Source: the human T2T-CHM13v2.0 reference genome, Homo sapiens. Taken from it: a stretch of 64,000 nucleotides of DNA. This document shows, piece by piece, positions 28,230 to 46,700 of this stretch. The position numbers and the translations under genes were made by a program. Within the stretch, counting starts at the first letter, position 1. Every line of letters begins with the position of its first letter. The notes under the pieces are model-generated. The model did no database searches. It was not told the DNA's origin and saw only the letters and a program-made list of their open reading frames with translations. The stretch lies in NCBI RefSeq assembly GCF_009914755.1, contig NC_060931.1; one strand, written 5' to 3'.

Positions 28230-30030
28230 TTGTGATCATCATTCTCTTTCTTCTCATTATAATTTTACCAAGTACAAATGCATCACTAAGCCATGCATTA
28301 TTCAGTTTCACAGCTTCTGAATTTTAAGAACTGATTTCATTGTATATATATGAATTTTGAAATTTGCTTCTGTCACTCAACATTTTAAAGATTCATTCTT
28401 GTTGATGTATAAACCTGTAGTCCATTCACTTTTACTGTTGTATAGGATTCTACCTTATGAGTATGTCATAGTTTATCCATTCCCCTGTTGATGGGCATTT
28501 TTTTTATAATTTTAAAAACAGGAACAATGCTCCTATGAACATTCTTGTTTATGTTACTGGGCACATATGTATGTGTTCTCCAGAACAGCACTGTGTAACC
28601 AAACTTTCTGCAGTGATGGACGTGTTCTATGTCTATGCTATCCAGTATTGCAGCCAATACTCACAGGGGCTTTTGAGTACTTGCAATGTGGCTAATACAA
28701 CTTAGGAACTGAATTTCTATTTAACTTTCTTTAAAAAGCATGGATTTTATGCACTTAATATAAAAAAAATCAATCTATGGGGTGTTGAAATTAATTTCTC
28801 TTGATGCAAAGATTGAGGGGAAGAGGGACAATACATGTCATTTAGAGCTTCATTATATATTTTTATTACTATTGTATTTGTAATATATTAATATTTCTTT
28901 ATTTTTTCCTAATGTTGTTTTTCTGCTCCAAGATCCCATTCAGGATCCCACGTTACATTAATCATCATGTTTCCTTAGGCACTTCCTGGCTGTGACAGTT
29001 TCTCAGACTCTCCTTGTTTTTGATGACTTTGAAAATTTTGAGTACTTGTCATATATTTTGCATAATGTCACACTACTGGGATTTGTCTGATGTTTTTCTT
29101 ATGATTAGATTGAAGATAAGGGTTTTGGGTAGGAAGAGAAGAGTAGAGTACCATTTTATCACATCATATCAAGAGTATTATACTGTCAACATGGCTTATC
29201 ACTGTTGACATTGACCTGGCTGAGGTAGGTTTGTCTTTGTCAGGTTTTTCCACTCTGAAGCTACTCTTTACCATTTCTCCCTGCCCCATCTTTCCATATT
29301 GTCCTCTTCAGAACAAAGTCACTATGTGCAGCCTACGTTTAAGGAGTGGAAATTATTTGGGATTCTTCTGCAAAAGCTTTGTCTTTTCTCTCTCATTTAC
29401 TTTCTTATTCAGTAATTAACTTATATTGTATGGATTCATGAACATGTATATTTTAGGTTATAATCTTACTTCATTGCCCAAATTGTTCTAGCTTTGGTCA
29501 TTGGGAGCTCTTTCAGGTGGTTCCTGTGTCTCTTTGACATACTCCCATCAGTATGCATGTGTATGTGTGTGTACCGATGAGTGTGTGTGTATGTGTGTGT
29601 TTTGAGCCCTTTCTTTCTGGCACTGCAAGATGCTCCAGGCTTATCTTGTGTATTTCCTATTCTAGCCCCTAGAATCAGCCATTTCCCCAAAGGACCTGGT
29701 TCCTTTTATTGGAAATTGGTATTAGAGACCAACATCCAGGCACTAAGTCTGCTCATTACTACTGCATATATTTTACTCAATTTTAATTAATTAAAATTTA
29801 CATAGGTGTATGTGGCTAGTGGCTTCTATATTAGACACTACAGCTCTAGGGTACATTCTTACAAATAGACTTGCTGAATCGTGGGATATGTGAATGACCC
29901 AGTTTATAAGATAATTCCTAATTGTTTTCTAAAGCGTTTGTACCAGTTTATACTCTTACCAACAGTGTTTGAGTTTCTGTGCCTCCTGCTTTCTCACCAA
30001 TACTTTGTATTCCAAACTACCAAACTTTTG
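28230..30030 (-). mobile_element. Nested L1ME > MER3 (28587-28720 and 29780-29845) > L1MC (~28880-29765)
   Basis: two MER3 halves 'AACTTTCTGCAGTGATGGA...GGAACTGAATTT' and 'ATGTGGCTAGTGGCT...' flank L1MC sequence. Confidence 0.65.
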
Positions 30031-30484
30031 CAGGTTGTAAATATTCAATACTAAAATGTTAATATCAGCATAGATTTTTAAAGTAGAAATTCAATGGCTC
30101 TTTTAAAAATTAATTACAAAATTGCATCCAATTGGGTCAAGATCCTAAGGAGACAACCTGTAGCTCTTGAATCATAGCTTTCTTATTACTGATGTATATG
30201 ATTGAGGCAGATGTGATCATAGGGGGAAAACATAAAGTGTTATGCTTACTCTAGGTTTTTCCTAGATGTCCTTTATTAAGTGATAAAATTTCCCTCTCTT
30301 CCTAGTTCGGTGAAGTTTTCATTGGGAATGGATTTTGGCAAATTCTTTTTTTATTGGTTGAAATGATCATGTGATCATTTGGTGTACCTGATCATATGAT
30401 CATATGATTTTCCTTTTAGTTTCTTACTGGGGTTAATTACAATGATTAACAGTGTAACTGAGAATTTTTAAATTATACAATTTG

Positions 30485-31560
<1,076 letters not shown>

Positions 31561-32027
31561 TATATGGAGCATCTTGTAAGGCCTACTAGAAGAAAATTAG
31601 GGGTTCTTTTGTGGATGATCTCTTCTTAAACCTGACATGACATTTTTGTGATGGTCAAGCATGTGCCTTTATCTTTTTGGACATTCTATACTTATTATAA
31701 TTGATTTAATGATAAATTTCCAGGTACACCAAACAGCCTTAGAAGTTGACTTCCCCTGTGCCATGCCTGCAAGGAAAATACATTGACCAAAGGATTTGAG
31801 TGATAGGTCCTCTCTGCAGTCATTTTTTAAAATGGAAATCAATAAATTCGTATTCTTATTTTGTGTGTTAGTTTTGTGAGCTTGGTTAATGTGATTTCCC
31901 CTATTTGTACTGACTGACATACCATCATCATCAACCTGCAAAGGTTGAACTGTGGCAAGTTAATTAAAGGCTTGACACTCTATGAAGACACTTGGGAGTT
32001 TGGAGGGTACTTGCTTTCGCTTATTCA

Positions 32028-32110
32028 ACTCCTTTCCCTCTAAATTATTGTGAAGGTTAACACACTCCTTTCCTTCTAAATTATTGTGATGGTTAACACA
32101 CTCCTTTCCC
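32028..32110. repeat. 36-bp tandem repeat, ~2.3 copies
   Basis: actcctttcc(c/t)tctaaattattgtga(a/t)ggttaacac at 32028, 32064 and 32100. Confidence 0.95.
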
Positions 32111-32739
32111 TATTTGAATTTCTAAACCTGCAATATGAAATATAATTCAGAGGGAAAATCATTTAGTTCTGTTCAGTTGATATTAGAGGAGAAAATACGT
32201 ATAAAAGTTTTGATAGTATTTACAAATTTAGCATTCAACAAATAAAAATTCAAATTCTTCATGAATTTTTGCTCTGGTTAAGGCATTACTACATGAAAAG
32301 ATGCATCGTGCTGGAGAAGAAAATCAATATTGGCCTGTGAAAAACCCAAGTGAAAATATCTTGAACGACATATGACATTCAATAGAAACTTCGCAGGTAT
32401 GGATATCTGACTGTCCAGTGAAAGGAAATAAGGATCCTTGACCTTCCGTAGATCATAGGCCATGAGAGAAGTTTTGGAACAGTGAACAAAAGAGCAGGAA
32501 TTAAATGAGAAATTTATTATTCCCCTTAAAAAAGCTATTGAAAGTTAGTAAACCAAAAGTGTCCAGAATAAAACTCCAAACATGTCAAAATGCTAGGTTC
32601 TAATGCCTGACTTCTAAATAGTAAGCACAAGAATACATTACTTTTACCATATTTAATTAGTCTATATTATGTAATATCATAAGAGATGTCACTATGATGG
32701 AAGTATGTGCAATGTACAAAGCACACACATGCATTCAGG

Positions 32740-33264
32740 CAGCCGTTCCCAGTCTTCTTAGCACCAGGGACTGGTTTCATGGAAGGCAGTTTTTCATGGG
32801 GTTGGGGTGTGGGTGGATGGGGGATGGTTTCTGGATGATTGAAGTGCATTACATTTATTGTGCACTTTCTTTCTACTATTATTGCATTGTAATATATAAT
32901 GAAATAATTTTACAACTCACCATAATGGAGAATCAGTGGGAGACCTGAGTTCATTTACTTGCAGCTAGATGGTCCCATCTGTGGGTAATGAGATACAATG
33001 ACAGATCATCTGACATTAGATTCTTATAAGGGGCCCACAACCTAGATTGCTTGCATGAGCAATTCACAGCAGGGTTTGCACTCCTGTGAGAATCTAATGC
33101 CACTGCTGATCCAACAGGAGGTGGAACTCAGGTGGTAATGCCAGTGATGGGGAACCAATGAAGCTTTGCTCACTCGCCCACTGCTCACTTCCTGCTATGT
33201 GGCTTGGTTCCTAACTGGCCAGGAACGTGGTGGTGGTCTGTGGCCTGGAGGTTAGGCACCCCTG
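32740..33264 (+). mobile_element. MER1A hAT-Charlie DNA transposon
   Basis: 525 bp, CAG...CTG ends, internal 'GCATTACATTTATTGTGCACTT', 8-bp TSD cattcagg/cattaagt. Confidence 0.9.
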
Positions 33265-33599
33265 CATTAAGTGATTTTACCTTGATTTCTTTGGTTGAAT
33301 TTGCAAATGGAGTTTATAATTCTACTTATGTGAAGGACCTCAAAGTAGATGTTTAACGTTTTCTCATATTTTTCTTATTTAGATATTTTTAGATTTTTGT
33401 TTAGATTTTTTATTTTAGATGTTGTGACTATTTTTAATTTTATACCAGTTACCTCCAATGTCATTTTTCAATGTCTCATTTACCTGATGTCATTTGCTAA
33501 ATATTCCAAAAATAAACCACATCTTGCCAGCATAACTGCTGAAAGAAAAAAAAAAGATTTTTTTTAAGTTATAAGGGCAGATCTTATTATGTATAGGAG

Positions 33600-34290
33600 A
33601 GGAAGTTAGAACAATAGAAAATCTCATATATGGAAGGTAGGAGTATAAATTGATACGATGAGTTTGAAGAATAATTTGGCGCTATCTAGCGGGTCTAAAG
33701 ATGCATATACCCTGTGACCAGCAATTTTATACTTCATTCCCATGATCTGAAGAAGGTATCTATCTACCTATCTGTCTGTCTGTCTATCATCTATCTATTA
33801 AATATCTATTTTTTCTTATCTAAAAATATGACTATTTATTACTATTCTTTGCAATTAAACTGAAACCAATAGAGGTGGCCATTAATAGGAAAAATGAGTA
33901 AACTGTCACATATTCTTACAAGTGAACATTAATGGCAATTAAAGAGAGTAAACCAGACCTTTAGCAACATGCATAAATTGCAAAAACAAAACTTTAAGCA
34001 AAAAATAGAACTGTGTAAGCCTATATAAAGAATAATAGAATGTATGCATAGTTGGGATACTTGTAAAACAATACTATATGGTTTAATAATACACATTTTA
34101 TAGTTGAGGTGTAACAACATGGGTGGGATAAATAATGCCAGATTCAGTGACTACCACTGGGAAGAAGAGAGGTGCACGATTTTCTATCTGCTATGTCTTG
34201 TTTGTTTATTTGCTTTTAGCTAGGTAGGTACACCTAGTTCATTGTTATTATTTTCTGTGTATTTTGTATGACTGAAAATGTTTCCTAATA
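33600..34290 (+). mobile_element. L1ME-type 3' relic
   Basis: 'TGCATATACCCTGTGACCAGCAATT' and related motifs. Confidence 0.55.
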
Positions 34291-36866
34291 AGAAAAAAAT
34301 CATTTTTAGGCTATTACTTCTATAGTGCTCATTGCCCAGAGAAGAACTATTTGTATCATAGACAGTTAATCCTCTAGCCCTTAAATATGAAAAATCCAAA
34401 TTTTGGGGGATCTTTACCTAGGTTGTCAGTTTTATTTGCAGCAAAATATACAAAACTTGAAAATATACTAATGTAACTCTGAAATACCACTACTGGAAAA
34501 TGTTTCATAACATTCCAATGACCCTCCGTCAGTTTGGGTAATAAGAATGCAGGGAGAGTATGAAGAGTATGTCTTTTCACCACTTTATCCTTCTCTACTT
34601 TTATTACTGGGGATTGCATAGCAGTCTGACATACTAATACTGAGGCAGACACAAAGCATTATTCTGTAAGAGTAGTATTGCATTATTACCATGATGCATG
34701 TGAACTTACAGAACAGCTAAATAGATGAAGTTTGTGCCTTGCTTTGATGTTCTTATATTCTGCCCTCTTTCACCCTATGTTCTGTCTTCTCAGAGTTTGT
34801 TAAGGAAGTGATAGTTCTCAGACTTACACACTTTTAAATATTCCATGCTCTAAAATTATCATCCCCTTACCAGGAAATAAAGCTCAATGGTATAAGTTAA
34901 GCAAACAGACCTCAGTTAGTACCATATAAGGGTCATATATACTGTATATGAGATAATATACCTTGAGCTACTCTATAAATGTAATCAATTTAATGAACTA
35001 ATTACTATGCTGTACTATTTTTCTATTTGTAGTAAAATTGGAAATTGGACTAGTTAATCTTTAAGATATTTTCTAGCTCGAACATATGCATAATTCTATT
35101 TTATTTCCCCAATCTGCAATATTCTAAGGTATTACTAGGTGAAGTTAAGTAAACATGGCAGAGGAGACAGATTTAAGAATACAGGTCAGAAAAATCTCTC
35201 TTTTCTTTTAAAGGACTCACATCTAGGAATAGATAAATGGAACAAACAAAACCAGAACAACACACAGTAAAATATGAAATGCTGTTTTTCTTCAAAGTGA
35301 TTTGCTATTATTACCTATTGTATATTGGGCACCTGTATATATCACCTCTAAGCCTTGGAGTAATGAAAGATGTGATAATTATCCCTACTTTATGTTGATA
35401 AAATAAAGATTCAGATAAATTAAGGAAAATATCAAAGTTAACCAGATAATAAATAGATGCAGAATTATAGTTTAATTCATGTTGTCTGCATATAGAGATG
35501 ATGCTTAGTTCACTATACTATATTGCCTGCATTACATGCACTTTCTAATTGATTTCTTAGAATTATTTTTAAATAAAAAAGTAATCTTGCATTATATGCC
35601 TGTTGCCATTCAATATAAACAATAAAAAATAAAGGAATGAAAGCAAAAGTATCCCTTCATAGCCTACTTCCCCTCAGCATTCTCATTTCTTCGTTTACAA
35701 TTTCAGATCATGCCACACACATTATTCTTTGACTTCTTTTTTAATGGGAAAGTATTTCTTGTGATTATTTCCTATCTGTTCATATAAACCTACTTCAGTG
35801 AACCACACCGTAATTTATTTAATTTTTTATTTCCTTATTTTTGGATACAAATTGTTTCTATTTTTTTATAAAATGCTGCAATAAATATATTCACATATAT
35901 AAATTATCCCTTGTGCAAATTTCTCCTGTAGGAGAGTTTCCTGAAAGTCATGTGCTATGTCGTTTGAGCTCATGAACTCCAAAGCCTATTCTCCCCATCT
36001 CACTCATGCCAAAGTTAATTATTTATTTTCCCTCCCTCTTTCCTTCCCTTCTTTTATGAAGCTTGTTTCACTAATGACTTGCTAAAGTCTGCTTTCTTGC
36101 AAAATTCTGCCTCAGTGTTTTTAACTCTTTAAAAATTCCAAGGATTGTTACTTAAAATTTTGCCTTAAAATTTAACATTAAAAAATGATTATAGCAAAAA
36201 ACAACATTGTGTGCTAATGGCCTATATTACATAAATGCCCCAATAATGAATATTATTTTAATCTGTTTTATGGGCATTCTAGGTAAATAAGGATCGACCC
36301 TTGAGTGTGTAATATCTACTAGTAGATGTTAGTTTCTTTTATAGAATTTAAAAAATGATTTAGAAGAAATGATTTAGAAATTAAAGAGGAAGAATATAAT
36401 AAAAATAATGGAATGAAAGTGGATTTTAGAGACAAATTTGAATATCAGCTCTATCATCCCTTAGTTCTGTGGCTTTGGACAAATAATTAATTTTTTTTTT
36501 TACTGTCATAGTACTTTAAATTAAGAGTAGTAGTAATAAGAATAAAACTAATAATACTAAATATATTAAAACTTTGTCTAAGGCAGCATTTTGCAAAGTA
36601 ATTTCACTTGAACCTAAAAAAAAATAGTTTCACGATCAAGTTAACATAAGAAACCTTGAGATAAAAACTTGTATTGCTTTTTTTTTTCACACTATAGATC
36701 TCAGATGATTTAATATATGAATATGTTTCAGGAACCTGAACATCAAGAAATAGTTTGAACCAGTCTCTAAATGATCCCCAAAGCCTAGTGTTTTTTAAAC
36801 ACTTTAGAGGACTTGAGCTGCAAATAACATATTTTTGGGAAATACTTGTAATATTTAAACATAACC

Positions 36867-37235
<369 letters not shown>

Positions 37236-38403
37236 TCAGTAAGGGTTTCTATTACTATTATAAATCAATTTTAAAAATATAAAACAAAGGGCTATATAGG
37301 AGAGCTAATGGGCATTGGAGAAGAGGGAATACGAACAATATAATTAATAAAGAACACCCTCCCACAAAGTTTTAGGAGAAATTTTACCCAATAAATGAGC
37401 TTTAAAATGTAGCAAAGATTTGTGAAGTTTAGAAAGTAAGCATCAGAGGTATTAGTTTTCAACACAAATGTATTGAATTTCTCCTGTCTTTTCCATCATT
37501 GTCCTATGTGTGAGCGTATTAGCCTGAGAATAAAGAGCTCTAAAATCTTTAAACACAAAAAACAATAGAATGATGGCCTTGATGACAAGAAATGGGGCGG
37601 ACACTATAAAAACAGGCATGTTGAGAATGGGATAATTAAAAAAAGAAATTGGTAGGTGCTCTTTATTTCTAGAGTTTGGTATATTTGTTTGCTTTTTTTT
37701 TTTTAACACATTGATGGATTCTAGTGAAATAATGATCTCTGTTGATAATTTATTAATTCAGGCCATTTGCTATAAATACAGTAGGCATCTATGGATTATT
37801 TCTGGTATCTTCTAATTGTCTAGTGCTTCTGATGTTATTCTATTGATTGAACTTTTCCATTGTGTGTCCCAAAGGCAGAGAAGGGCAAACAGCAATCATG
37901 AAATATGAATGAGATGCCTCATTAACCTTTGGGCTTTTGAGTACTTGGAAGCATCTAATCTATGTCATTGGCAAGAAAAGCCTGGAAGCACTGCAGGAGG
38001 TAGAGGGGAGAGAGGAAGGACAGTTTCCTTTGTGGTTGGTAAACTCTTGTATGCCAAGTGCTGGTGAGGTGCCTGCTCTCACACAACAGGATCCTGCATT
38101 AAACTAGAGACTCTGAAATCTTAGTGGACATAAATGTGATGCAGAAAGCTTGCTGACATTTAGATCACGTTGTATCCCCAAAGATTCTGATTCAGCAGCA
38201 GAGGCTAGATTTCCATAATCTGCACTTTCACAGGCACTCAGGCGATTACAGTCCAGGTGATCCATGGACTACACTTGGAAGAATATCAGACCCACTCAAC
38301 AAAGAGGAATTAAGCTGACAAAATTAGATTTCTTGTGTGTGTTATTATTTTTTTTTACCAGAACATGTAGAACTGCTTTTATTTTTGTATATTTTTCATT
38401 TCA

Positions 38404-40186
<1,783 letters not shown>

Positions 40187-41160
40187 ATAAATTTCCTACC
40201 AAAGTACATACTATTTTGAGTTAAAGTTATTATTTCCGTATCACCAGAAGCTATTTCATCTACAAAGAAGTCATTGCCATGTGGACTATTTAGGGCTTGT
40301 CTTTTCAGATTTTACAGTGGCCTTGCAGATGTATAGTCATTATTGTGTGAACACTGTCTATTGCAGGGAGAAAACTCAAAAACTTAATATTTTCAAGTGT
40401 TAACAAAAATGCTACGTGATACCAGAAGCTGACAACATATGACATCAATGTAAATAGTAGATAGAGCTATTAACCATGAGGTGATAAGCAGAGTAAAATA
40501 ACAGCACAAGATAGAAAGCCCAGTTTTGTAGGAGGCAGGTGGAAGTACTTAAAAGAAGAAGAAAGTGAAAGTTGTTTTCAATTACCTGCCCTGAAACAAC
40601 TTTTCTGGTTCTCTCACAAACCATCTGTAGTGTCTTAGATTAATGAGAACTGGGGAGGTGAATTATTTGACTCAACGTCTTCTTCCTACCTTCTCTTTTC
40701 TTTGTCTGCCGTAACCTCTCTGATTCCATAGCTTTTCCTTTTATAGCTAAAAGCCTAGTTAATTGCTTGTATCACAGTCACTTTCTCATGCTCACCCTGT
40801 AGTCTTTAATCTCATTTTTTTACCCCTTTACACTCCTGCCTCATGCCTCTTGAAAATCTATAATCACCTTCCTCTTTCTCTCTTCAATTGAGGTCAAAGA
40901 ATAACAACACAATTGTTAAGCATAAGAATTATGACAGAGATGTGCATTATAATAAGAAAAAGAAAAGTCATATGTTCTGAAATACTAGCTATAATAATGA
41001 TAAGCAAAACAGTGTCATTGGGATATAAAGGGCCTTGAAAATACTCAGAACATTTGCAGAATTCCTAAAATAGTCTCCATCTACCAGCTCATTCTCCACT
41101 AATTAAAATTGCTTTGCCTCAAGGAGTCACTTTCAAGATAAACTATGTTCAATTAGATAA

Positions 41161-41471
<311 letters not shown>

Positions 41472-43398
41472 TAAACCAGGTTTTCTTAGAAGAATTGAGA
41501 GATTTTGATTCATCTGAAAACATTGACTTTGTAGGAAAAAGCCTTTCTAGTTCTAAAGACTGTCTTTTAATGAACTTCAGAACACCACATAGTAAAAAAA
41601 AACATCTGAGAGGTTAGGACAGGACATGAGAAGTTAACTCTGTTCCTACATTCTGCAGAAACAGAATCGGAAAGGTTATGGTCACATAGCTAATTAGTTG
41701 CACAGTTATCAGTGGAACCCATATTTTGTAATGTGATTTCTTTATATCATGCTGCACATTTATAATTTGGTTTCATCTCTAGAGAGATTGTGTTGTTTAA
41801 TGCCTATATCAAACATTTATTGTGCTACTACTACGTGCGTGGAGCCACGCTAAATATCTGAAATACCAAGATGAGAAAAACAAGTTTCTGCTCCCATGTC
41901 ATTCACAGTAAATGTTTATAGTGTTATTATGTTTTCCCTTTATTTTAAGTTGGCACATAACAATTATATGTATTTATGGGACACAGTGATATTTTAATAC
42001 ATAGGATTTGTGTATCAGTGATCAAATTAGGATAATTCACATATCCATTACCTTGAACATTTATCACTTTGTATGTCGTGAACATTCAGAATTCTCTCTT
42101 CTAGCCTTTTGAAATATACACTAAACTGTTGTTAACCATGTACACCCCACAGTGCTACAGAACACTAGAACTTATTACTTTCAACTAACTATAACTTGTC
42201 TTTGTTAACAAACCTCTCCCTACTCTACTCCTCTCCCTAGCTAGCATTCCTGTTCTCTAATGACTACAATTCTACTCTCTACTTCTATGAGCTCAATTTT
42301 TTTTTTAACCTCCACATATGAGTGAAAACGTGGTATTCTGTGCCTGTCTTATTTCACTTAACATAATGTGCTCCAGGCTTATCAATGTTGCTGCAAATGA
42401 GAAGATTTCATTTTTTATGGCTGAGTAATATTCCATTTTTTATGGCTGAGTAATATTCCATTGTATATATATGCCACATTTTATTTATTCATCTGTTGAT
42501 AGATATTTTGGTTGATTTCAAACCTTAGCTATCATGAATAGAGCTGCAATAAACATGAGAGTGAAAACATCTCTTCGATGTACTGATTTCTTTTCCTTTG
42601 GTTAAATACCTAGTAGTGGGGTTGCTGGATCATATGGTAGTTCTAGTTTTAGTCTTTTGAGAAAACGCCACGCTGTTTTCCATAATGGCTATATTAATTT
42701 ACATTCCCACCAACAGTGTATGAGTTCTCTTTTCTTTGCATCCTTGCTAGCACTTGTTATTTTTTGTCTTTTTGACAGTTGTCATTCTAACTGGGGCAAG
42801 ATGGTATTCCATTGTGGTTTTGATTCGCATTTGCCTGATTATTAGTAATGTTGAGCATTTTTTCATATGTTGCATGTTCATTTGTATGTCTTTTTTGGAG
42901 AAATTTCTATTCAGATCCTTTGTCCATTTTTAATCAAATCATTTGTTATGTTGTTGCTGTTGAGTTTTTGAATATTTTGGATATTAGTCCCTTGTTGGTT
43001 GAATAGTTTGCAAATATTTTCTCTCATTCTACAGTTTGTTTCTTCACTCTGTTGACTTTTTCCTTTGCTGTGCAAAAGCTTTTAGTTAGATATAATTTCA
43101 CTGGTCAATTTTTTGTTTTTGTTGCCTATGCTTCTGAAATCTTACTCATAAAATCTTTGCCTATATGAGTGTTCTGAAGCATTTCTCCTATGTTTTCTTC
43201 TGGTAGTTATATAGTTTAGGATCTTATGTTTGTCTGTAACCCATTTTGACTAGATTTTTAAAAATAGGGTGAGAGATAAAGGTCTTGTTTCATTCTTCTG
43301 TATATGGAGATCCTGTTTTCCCAGCACCATTTATTGAAGAGGTTGTTCTTTCCCCAGTATATGTTCTTGGTGCTTTTGTCAAAAAAAGAGTTGGCTAG

Positions 43399-43715
43399 TG
43401 GGGCACCATGGCTCACACCTGTAATCCTAGCACTTTGGGAGGATGAGGCACGTGGATTTCTTCAGCCCAGGAGTTTAAGACCAGGCTGGACAACAAAGTG
43501 AAACTCAATTTCTACAAAAAAATAGTAAAATCAGCTGGGTGTGGTGGTGCATGCCTGTGGTCCCAACAAAAACAAAAAATTGACCAATGAATTATACTAC
43601 ATTGGCAGCTGAGGCAGGAGAATTTCTTGAGCCCAGGAGATTAAGGCTGCAGTGAATGGTTTTCGCACCATTGCACTCCAGTCTGGGTGACAGAGTGAGC
43701 TCCTGTCTCAAAAAA
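43399..43715 (+). mobile_element. AluJ inserted in the L1
   Basis: GCCCAGGAGTT and AAGGCTGCAGTGA J diagnostics; flanking agttggct repeat. Confidence 0.9.
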
Positions 43716-46700
43716 TTAAATCAGTTGGCTGTAAGTACGTGGATTTATTTCTGGGTTATCTATTCTGTTCCATTCTATGTGCTTGATTTTATGTCAGTAC
43801 CATGCTGTTTTGGTTACTATAGCTTTGTAATATATTTTTGTATAACTTTGTATATTTGTAGTATATTTTGATATAATTTTGGCATTGTTTTGCTTCCAGC
43901 TTTTTGCTCAGTATTGCTTTGGCTGTTTAGGGTCTTTTGTATTTTCATATAAATTTTATGATTGTTTTTCTATTCTTGTGAATAAGTCATTTGTATTTTG
44001 ATAGGAATTGCATTGAATATGTAGATGCTTTGGGTGATATGATCTTTATAACAACACTTATTCTTCTAATCCATGAGCATGGAATGTCTTTCTATTTGTG
44101 TCCCCTTCAATTTCTTTCATCAGTGTTTTGTAGTTTTCCTTGTAGAGGTCTTTCACCTCCCTGGTTAAATTTATTCATAGGTATTTTATTATTATTATTA
44201 TTTGTAGCTATTGTGAATGAGATTGCTTTCTTGTTCTTTTTTTCAGCCAATTTGTCAGTGGTGTATAGAAATGCTACCAGTTTTTGTATGTTGATTTTGT
44301 GTGTTGCAACTTTCCTGAATTCATTTGTCAGTCCTAAAAGTGTTTTGTTAGAGTCTAGGTTTTCTCTATATAAGATCATATCATCTGCAAGGGACAATTT
44401 GACTTCCTCGTTCCAGTTGGATGCCCTTTCTTTCTTTCTCTTGCCTAATTGCTCTTATGTTGAGTAAGACTGATGAAAGTAGGCATCCTTGTCTTGCTCT
44501 AGTTCTTAGAGGAAAGGCTTTTAGCTTTTCCTCATTCAGTATGATGTTAGCTGTGAGTTTGTCATATATGGTCTCTATTGTGCTGAGATGTGTTCCTTCT
44601 ATACCTACTTTGTTGAGAGTTTTGGTCATGAAGGAATGTTGAAGTTTATCAAATGCTTTTTTCTTCATCTTTTGAAATCATCAGATGGTTTTTGTCCTTC
44701 ATTTGGTTAATGTAATGTATCATACTTACTGATTTGCGTATGTTGAACCATCCCCACATTCCTAAGGTAAATCCCACTTGATTGTGGTATATTATGTTTT
44801 TGATGTCTTATTTGGTTTGCTAGTATTTTGTTGAGGACTTTTGCATGTATGTTTATCAGGGCTTTTAGCCTATGGTTTTCTTTCTGTCTTATTTCTTTTT
44901 TTTTTTTTTTAATTCTGTCCTCGTCTGGTTTTGGTATCAGGGTTATGCTGGCCTTGTAGAATTAGTTAGGAAGAAATCCTCCCTCTTTAATTTTTTTGGA
45001 ATAGTTTGAGAAGAATTTGTGTTCTTTAAAAGTTTGGTAGAATTCAGCAGGAAAGCTATCCAGGCCTAGGCTTTAATGTGTTGTGAGGCATTTTATGACT
45101 AATTCAATCTCATTACTCATTATTGGTCTGTTCAGGTTTTCTCTTTCTTGCTGGTTTAATCTTGCTAGGTTGTATGTGTCCAGGAATATATCAATTACCT
45201 CTAGGATTTCTCAATTGTTGGCATATTTATCCATAATAGTCTCTAATGATTCTTTGTATTTTTGTGGTATCAGTTGTAATGTCTCCTTGTTCATTTCTGA
45301 TTTAATTTTGTGTCTTCTGTTATTCTTCATATAGCTAATGGTTTGTCAATTTTGTTTATCTTTTAGAAAACATTTTGTTTTGTTGACTTTTTGTATTTTA
45401 TTAGTTTCTATTTTGCTTAGTTCTGGTTTATTCTTTATTATTTATTTCTGCTACTAATTTTGGGTTTGTATTGTTTTCACTTTTCTAGTTCCTTAAAATG
45501 CATCATTAAATTCTTTATTTGAAGTTTTTCTACTTTTTAATGTATGGATTTATTGCTATAAAATTCCCTCAGTACTATTTTTGTTGTATCCCATACATTT
45601 TGGTATGTCATTTCCAATTTCATTTTTTTCAAGAAACTTTTTGATTTCCCTTTAAATTTTTTAATTGGCCCTTTGGTCATTCAGGGGCATGTTTTTAAAT
45701 TTTCATGTATTTGCAGTTTCCAGAGTTCCTCTTGTTATTAATTTCTAGTTATATTCCATTATGGTCTAAGAAGATACTTAATATAATTTTTAATTATTTT
45801 ATTGATATTTGTTCTGTGGTCTTGCATGTGGTTCATCCAGCAGAATATTTCACAAGCTGATGAGAAGAATATGTATTTTGTAGCTTTTGGATAAAATGTT
45901 CTGTAAATGTCTTTTAGGTCCATTTTGCTTATCGTGCAGTTTAAATCTGATGTTTCTTTGTTAATTGGCCAACTGGATGGTTTGTCCATTTCTAAAAGTG
46001 AGGTGTTAAAGTTCCCAACGATTATTGTATTAAGGTCTATGTCTCTCTTCACCTTTAATAATCCTTGCTTTATATATCTTGGTGCTCTATATCGAGTATA
46101 TATATTTACAATTGTTACATCCTCCAGCTAAATTGATTCCTTTTTGTTGTATAATAATTCTGTCTCTTTTTGTTTTTATTAAAGTCTGCTTTAGCAAAGT
46201 GTAGCTACTCCTGCATGCTTTTGATTTCCATTGCATGGACTATCCTTTTTCATTCCTTCACTTTCAGTCTCTACATGTCTTTACAGGTGAAGTGAGTTTC
46301 TTGTAGGCAGCATATAGTTGGGTCTTTTTTGATTCATTCATTCAGCCTATAGCTTTTAATTGAGGAATTTGAACTATTTACATTCAAGGTTGTTATAGAC
46401 TGGTGAGGACTGGCTCCTATCACTTTGTTAGATAGCTTCTGATTGTTTTGCATATCCTTATTTTCTTTCATCTTCTCCTATTGTTTATTTTTGGATTTGG
46501 TGGTTTTCTGTAGTGATAAGGTTTAATTCCTTTTGCTTCCATATTGTGTATTTGCTCTACCAGTGAATTTTATTTATACTTCCATGTGTTTTCATGATGG
46601 TAGATATCATCCTTTCGCTTTCAGTTGTAGGACTTGCTTAAGCATTTCTTGTAGGAATAGTCTAGTAGTGATGAAATCTCTCAGTTTTTGTTTGTCTGGT

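Noticed and set aside
32278-32463. 61-aa minus-strand ORF in unique DNA
   Set aside because: No recognisable homology or convincing splice context.
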